Shown here: one piece after another, positions 59,920 through 64,000 of the stretch
Layout of the letters: each line of letters starts with the position of its first letter
Numbering within the stretch: the stretch's first letter is position 1
Assembly (NCBI GenBank): GCA_965237675.1
Contig: OZ250150.1
Location: 704,001 to 768,000 of the forward strand
From: Candidatus Latescibacterota bacterium
GTDB lineage: Bacteria; Latescibacterota; UBA2968; GCA-2709665
Direction of reading: 5' to 3'
Length of the DNA: 64,000 nt
Program-made: the position numbers and the translations under genes
The notes under the pieces: generated by a model
Database searches by the model: none
What the model was told of the DNA's origin: nothing
The model's input: the letters and a program-made list of their open reading frames with translations, nothing else

Positions 59920-60921
59920 TTACAGATGGATGGCCTGTTTTTTGTGCGCCGATTCCACGATGGCCAGGCCCACTCGCAGGGCATCGCGCGCATCGTGCAA
60001 TGAGCCATTTTCCGGATTTTGTTGTCTGTGGATGCAGTCCGCGAAGTGCCCGAGTTCCTGCTCCAGCGCGCCGACGATCTTACCGTGGAGTTCGGGTGCA
60101 AGATAGAGATCCGGGCTGGAGGTTCCCTCGCCGGTCCATATCCACGAGGCGTCGTTGGGTTCGGCAATGTGAGCCGTTCCGTCCGTGCCGACCACTTCCA
60201 GGCATGCGTTCGACCAGTAGAGCCGGCGATCGGGCATGAAAAAACTCTGTTCGATCACGCCGACAAGACCGCTTTCGAAAGTGAGCATGGCCCACCACGT
60301 ATCGGGACGGTCCGGTTCCGCCATACTGCGCGTTCTGGTATAGACTTCCCGGACTTCCTCACCGGCCATCCAGAGCAACTGGTCGATGGTGTGAATGCCG
60401 GGCTGAAGGACGAGGGGATAGGGTTTGAAACGAGGCGCATCCAGGATGCCGCGCCAGATGTTTCGGCGGCCGTAGATGGAGACGAGTTCTCCCAGATCTC
60501 CCGCGTCGATTTTCTGTTTGATGTGCCCGCGCCGAACGTCGAAACGTTCGAGGAATCCGACCATGAAAACGGCGCCGCTTTTTTCCGCCTCGTCGATGAG
60601 CCGGTCGTTTTCATCCAGACTGTCGGTCAGGAGGATTTCGCTGAAGACGTGTTTCCGCCGTCGAAGCGCGGCGAGGGCGATTTCGGTGTGCCGGTCCACC
60701 TCGGTGACGATGTCGATGCCTTCCACGTCGGGATCGCGTATCAGGTCTCGATAGTCGGTATAGTGCCTGGGCACGTTGTAGGTCGAGGCGACATTTCCGG
60801 CGCGTTCGGCCGAGCGGGAGCAAACCGCCGTGAGTTCGACATGAGGAAGTTGGGCAAGGACACGGGCGTGCTGGACGCCGAAACGTCCCAGACCGATGAC
60901 ACCGATTTTTGTACGGTTCAT
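59920..60921 (-). CDS. Gfo/Idh/MocA family oxidoreductase
   Basis: IGVIGLGRFG, VGFLERF, GIHTID; the usual EKP motif reads EIL. Confidence 0.88.
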   Translation of the reverse strand: MNRTKIGVIGLGRFGVQHARVLAQLPHVELTAVCSRSAERAGNVASTYNVPRHYTDYRDLIRDPDVEGIDIVTEVDRHTEIALAALRRRKHVFSEILLTDSLDENDRLIDEAEKSGAVFMVGFLERFDVRRGHIKQKIDAGDLGELVSIYGRRNIWRGILDAPRFKPYPLVLQPGIHTIDQLLWMAGEEVREVYTRTRSMAEPDRPDTWWAMLTFESGLVGVIEQSFFMPDRRLYWSNACLEVVGTDGTAHIAEPNDASWIWTGEGTSSPDLYLAPELHGKIVGALEQELGHFADCIHRQQNPENGSLHDARDALRVGLAIVESAHKKQAIHL

Positions 60922-61919
60922 GTCGCGTTCAGGTTGACAACAACCCTGCCCTTCTGTTGGCCTTTCAGCATGCGTTGAATTTCCGGCTCAAGCGTTTCCA
61001 GCTCACATTCCGTTACGAGGTCGTCAGACGCATCGATCTTCCAGGGACCCGCGATTTTCTTCCAGAGGTACGTCCGTTCGGACATCGGGCATTCGGCGGA
61101 GTCGATGCCATGGAGGCCGACGCCTCGCAGGATGAACGGGTAGACGCTGGTGTTCAGGTCCGCGGAAGCGACGAGACCGCAGCACAGGACGATGCCCCGG
61201 CGCCGCGTGGATTTGAGGGCGGTTGCCAGGATATTGCCTCCCGCAGTATCCACGACGCCCGCCCAGCGTTCCGCCAATAGTGGACGTCCGCCGGCATCGT
61301 CGACCTCGTTTCGATCCACAACCGCGGTCGCGCCGAGGTCGGACAGGAATTGGGCCTCGTGAGTCTTTCCCGTGGCGGCGGCCACCGTGTACCCGAGCCG
61401 GGCGAGCATGGCGACCGCGAGGCTGCCAACGCCCCCCGTTGCGCCGGTAACGAGAATCTCGCCTGTGTCGGGGGCGACGCCGTGGCCTTCCAGTCTGTGC
61501 ACCGACATGGCGGCGGTGAATCCGGCGGTACCGTAAACCATCGACTCACGCAAGGTAAGGCCGTCAGGCAGCGGGACGATCCATCCGGCAGGCACCCGGA
61601 TGAATTGGCCGAATCCGCCGGGTGTGTTTACACCCAGGTCATAGCTGGTGACGATGACGTTATCACCTGGCCGGAAGCGCGCATCCCTGCTCTCTTCAAC
61701 AACGCCAGCTGCGTCGATGCCGGGCGTATGCGGATAGTGCCTGGTAACGCCGGGATGGCCGGTGGCTGACAACGCGTCTTTATAGTTCAGAGAGGAGTAG
61801 CGCACCCTGACCAGGACGTCGCCGTCGGGCAGGTCGTCGATGGATCGGCGCTCCACGCGCCGAACATAGACGTTGGCCTCATGGCGCACGACCAAGCACC
61901 CGAAGTCATCGGCGGACAT
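60918..61919 (-). CDS. YhdH/YhfP (AcuI-like) quinone/acryloyl-CoA reductase
   Basis: YSSLNYKDAL, PGIDAAG, GTAGFTA, TGATGGVGS, PFILRGV...GIDS. Confidence 0.93.
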   Translation of the reverse strand: MSADDFGCLVVRHEANVYVRRVERRSIDDLPDGDVLVRVRYSSLNYKDALSATGHPGVTRHYPHTPGIDAAGVVEESRDARFRPGDNVIVTSYDLGVNTPGGFGQFIRVPAGWIVPLPDGLTLRESMVYGTAGFTAAMSVHRLEGHGVAPDTGEILVTGATGGVGSLAVAMLARLGYTVAAATGKTHEAQFLSDLGATAVVDRNEVDDAGGRPLLAERWAGVVDTAGGNILATALKSTRRRGIVLCCGLVASADLNTSVYPFILRGVGLHGIDSAECPMSERTYLWKKIAGPWKIDASDDLVTECELETLEPEIQRMLKGQQKGRVVVNLNAT

Positions 61920-61987
61920 CGCACGCTCCGTGTTTTTCCGCGTGGGAAGCGGGTTCCGTTTCGAGGCGCCAAGGCGCGCCCGGTCTT

Positions 61988-63127
61988 TCAGGAGAAGAAT
62001 CGTGTGACTCGATAGGCGTCAAGATCAATTGGAAGGTCCCTATCCAGGAAGAGGTCGGCGATGAGTTTGCCGCTGTACGGGCCCAGTTGCAGGCCGGTGG
62101 GCCCGTGCCCCGTTGCCAGGTAGACGTTTCTCTTGCCGGGAACGGGGCCGAGCACGGGCAACAGATCCTGCGTATACGGACGCAGGCCGACTCGAATGTC
62201 AAGGATTTCCGCCGCAGCCAGGCCGGGCGCCACCCGCAGCGCCTCGGCGAGCACTTCCCTCACCCCGGCGGCCGTGGCGCGGGCGTCGAAACCGGAACCG
62301 GTTTCCCGCGTGGCGCCCACCACCACCCGATTGTCCGGCCAGGGCACCATGTAGTGGCCTCGAACGGCGCTGACGATTGCCCAGGACGACGTATCGGCGG
62401 CGGCAGGCAAACCCAGGTGAATGATCTGGCCGCGCTGCGGTTCTACCGGGATCTGGACCCCCAGTCGAAGGCCGAACGCGTGCGACCACGCGCCGCCCGC
62501 GATGACGACTCCTGTTGCCGATATGGTTCCCGTATCCGTGGCGACGCCGGTGACCGTGTCGTTGTCGATTCGCAATTGCTCGACACCCGCGTGTTCGACG
62601 GCAAGTCCCCTCGCAACCGCGGCCCGACGCAGGGCCTCAGTCAGGAGGCGGCCGTCGACACGAGCGGCCTCGCGGTAGTAGATGGCCCCCTGGACGTCGG
62701 CCAGAGCGGGAAACCGGTTGCGGGCTTCTTTGGGCGATATTTCGTACAGATCCTCCGCGGATGGCTTGCCGCGGCGACTCCGGCGGTTGAATATGCGGCG
62801 GCGGGCCACGTCAAAGGGTTCCAGTTCGTCGTCAGAGACGGCAACGATCATCATGCCGCATTTGGCGAAGCCGGTGTCTCCCGCCTGTTCGGCTGTCAGA
62901 TTCTCAATCAGTCCGGGATAGTATTCAACGGCAAGAGAGGCCAGGCGCTGCCATGGGTCCGGATCCCGGATATTGGTGGCGGGAGACAGAATGCCCGCGC
63001 CGGCATCCGTGGCGCGTCCCTTGTCCTTGCGGTCGACAAGCAGTGTTCTGGCTCCGGCGCAGACGAGATGGTAGGCAGTGGACATACCTACAATCCCACC
63101 GCCGATGACAATAGCGTCATAGCTCAT
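61988..63127 (-). CDS. FAD-dependent oxidoreductase (DAO/glycine oxidase family)
   Basis: IGGGIVG, ATDAGAGI, PQRGQI, RVGLRP, ATGHG. Confidence 0.92.
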   Translation of the reverse strand: MSYDAIVIGGGIVGMSTAYHLVCAGARTLLVDRKDKGRATDAGAGILSPATNIRDPDPWQRLASLAVEYYPGLIENLTAEQAGDTGFAKCGMMIVAVSDDELEPFDVARRRIFNRRSRRGKPSAEDLYEISPKEARNRFPALADVQGAIYYREAARVDGRLLTEALRRAAVARGLAVEHAGVEQLRIDNDTVTGVATDTGTISATGVVIAGGAWSHAFGLRLGVQIPVEPQRGQIIHLGLPAAADTSSWAIVSAVRGHYMVPWPDNRVVVGATRETGSGFDARATAAGVREVLAEALRVAPGLAAAEILDIRVGLRPYTQDLLPVLGPVPGKRNVYLATGHGPTGLQLGPYSGKLIADLFLDRDLPIDLDAYRVTRFFS

Positions 63128-63260
63128 CGCGAACCCTGTGTTTATCGGGAAATCGCATACGAACAGTGCGAAGAAAACGCGCCGGCCGTAACGATTGAGA
63201 CAGCGGGGCGGCTATTTCCTATGCGCCGTTCCCTGAGGCCCTGCGGACCCACCCTGCCCT

Positions 63261-64000
63261 TCAGACCGGGCGGTCGCCGGTGATGGTGATTCTGTGCATC
63301 GTGCGCCGGTGGCCGTGATAGTCGTTGACCGCGTAGTGCTGGGTACAACGGTTGTCCCATAGCCCAACGGTGTTTTCCCGCCAGCGGTAGCGGCAGGTGA
63401 ATTCCGGTTTTGAAGTCTGTTGGTAAAGGTATTCGAGGAGTGGACGGCTTTCGTCCGGGGTCATATCCTTGAAGTGGGATGTAAAGAAGGGATTGACGTA
63501 GAGCAATTTCCGGCCTGTTTCCGGATGGGTGCGGAAAATGGGGTGTTCCACGGGTGGAATGTTTTCGCTGGCGGCTTCGATGTCTTCGGCGCTGGCTTTC
63601 GTTCTGCCTCGCCGCGCCGCCTCCAGAAAGATTCGTGTATAGTCGTGTACGGCGAACCGGCCGCCGAGCATCTGTTTCAGGCCGTCGGAAAGGGATTCGT
63701 AGACAAGGTACATGTTGGCGAAGAGGGTGTCGCCTCCGTAGGGCGGAACCGTCAGGGCGTAGAGGATGGAGCCCAGTGGTGGCGTTTCGAGGAACGACAT
63801 GTCGGAATGCCAGCCATTGCCCACGTTGGTGTCTGCGGTTTCTTTTTTTTGTAAGAGGACGATTTCGGGATGGTCTTCCAGGTTCGGCAGAAAAGGATGG
63901 ATGTCCAGTTCGCCGAATCTCCTCCCGAAAGCAATGAGCGCCCCCGGATCCAGGTGCTGATCGAGAAAGAAGAGCACAAGGTGTTCCAGGAAGGCCGCGT
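63261..64000 (-). CDS. TauD/TfdA family Fe(II)/2-oxoglutarate dioxygenase (5' end outside the window)
   Basis: WHSD (HxD), GGDTLF, HP..RTHPETGR, WDNRCTQH, R.MHR. Confidence 0.92.
   Translation of the reverse strand, partial: AAFLEHLVLFFLDQHLDPGALIAFGRRFGELDIHPFLPNLEDHPEIVLLQKKETADTNVGNGWHSDMSFLETPPLGSILYALTVPPYGGDTLFANMYLVYESLSDGLKQMLGGRFAVHDYTRIFLEAARRGRTKASAEDIEAASENIPPVEHPIFRTHPETGRKLLYVNPFFTSHFKDMTPDESRPLLEYLYQQTSKPEFTCRYRWRENTVGLWDNRCTQHYAVNDYHGHRRTMHRITITGDRPV

Noticed and set aside
3193-63283. Many long antisense or overlapping ORFs in the track (e.g. 3193-4209, 14866-16083, 25564-26769, 56655-57824, 62087-63283)
   Set aside because: They are shadow ORFs opposite well-supported genes, as expected in high-GC DNA, and carry no motifs.
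1-64000. CRISPR array, tRNA/rRNA, prophage or intact transposase
   Set aside because: I saw no regularly spaced direct repeats, cloverleaf or rRNA signatures, or phage/transposase motifs by eye.

Overview
High-GC bacterial chromosomal window with no rRNA, tRNA or CRISPR array that I can recognise. It carries housekeeping genes (cysS, ddl, ispDF, queA, exonuclease-DinG, an RSH protein, smc, purO-like IMP cyclohydrolase, nadE) among many catabolic enzymes: Zn-dependent dehydrogenases, Gfo/Idh/MocA oxidoreductases, three ceramidase-like hydrolases, an M19 dipeptidase, an enolase-superfamily enzyme and TauD. There is also a YtrA-type GntR/ABC operon, AT-richer accessory patches with decayed genes (about 33.2-35.5, 39.0-41.5 and 45.9-49.9 kb), a CTAG-bounded MITE and several REP-like palindrome types. 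The top finding is an AbgB-like M20 amidohydrolase (22959-24281, minus strand) whose conserved GHGCGHNL motif reads GHG-TGA-GHNL in frame and is followed directly by a SECIS-like hairpin. This is a candidate selenocysteine metallo-amidohydrolase that the ORF track splits in two; a simple TGC>TGA nonsense mutation cannot be excluded from this window alone. Other notable items are a RelA/SpoT homolog with a degenerate synthetase coupled to DinG, a TlpA thioredoxin with five copies of an unfamiliar ~31-aa repeat, and an orphan methyltransferase beside a deleted MjaI-like endonuclease. All family assignments come from motif recognition by eye, not database searches.
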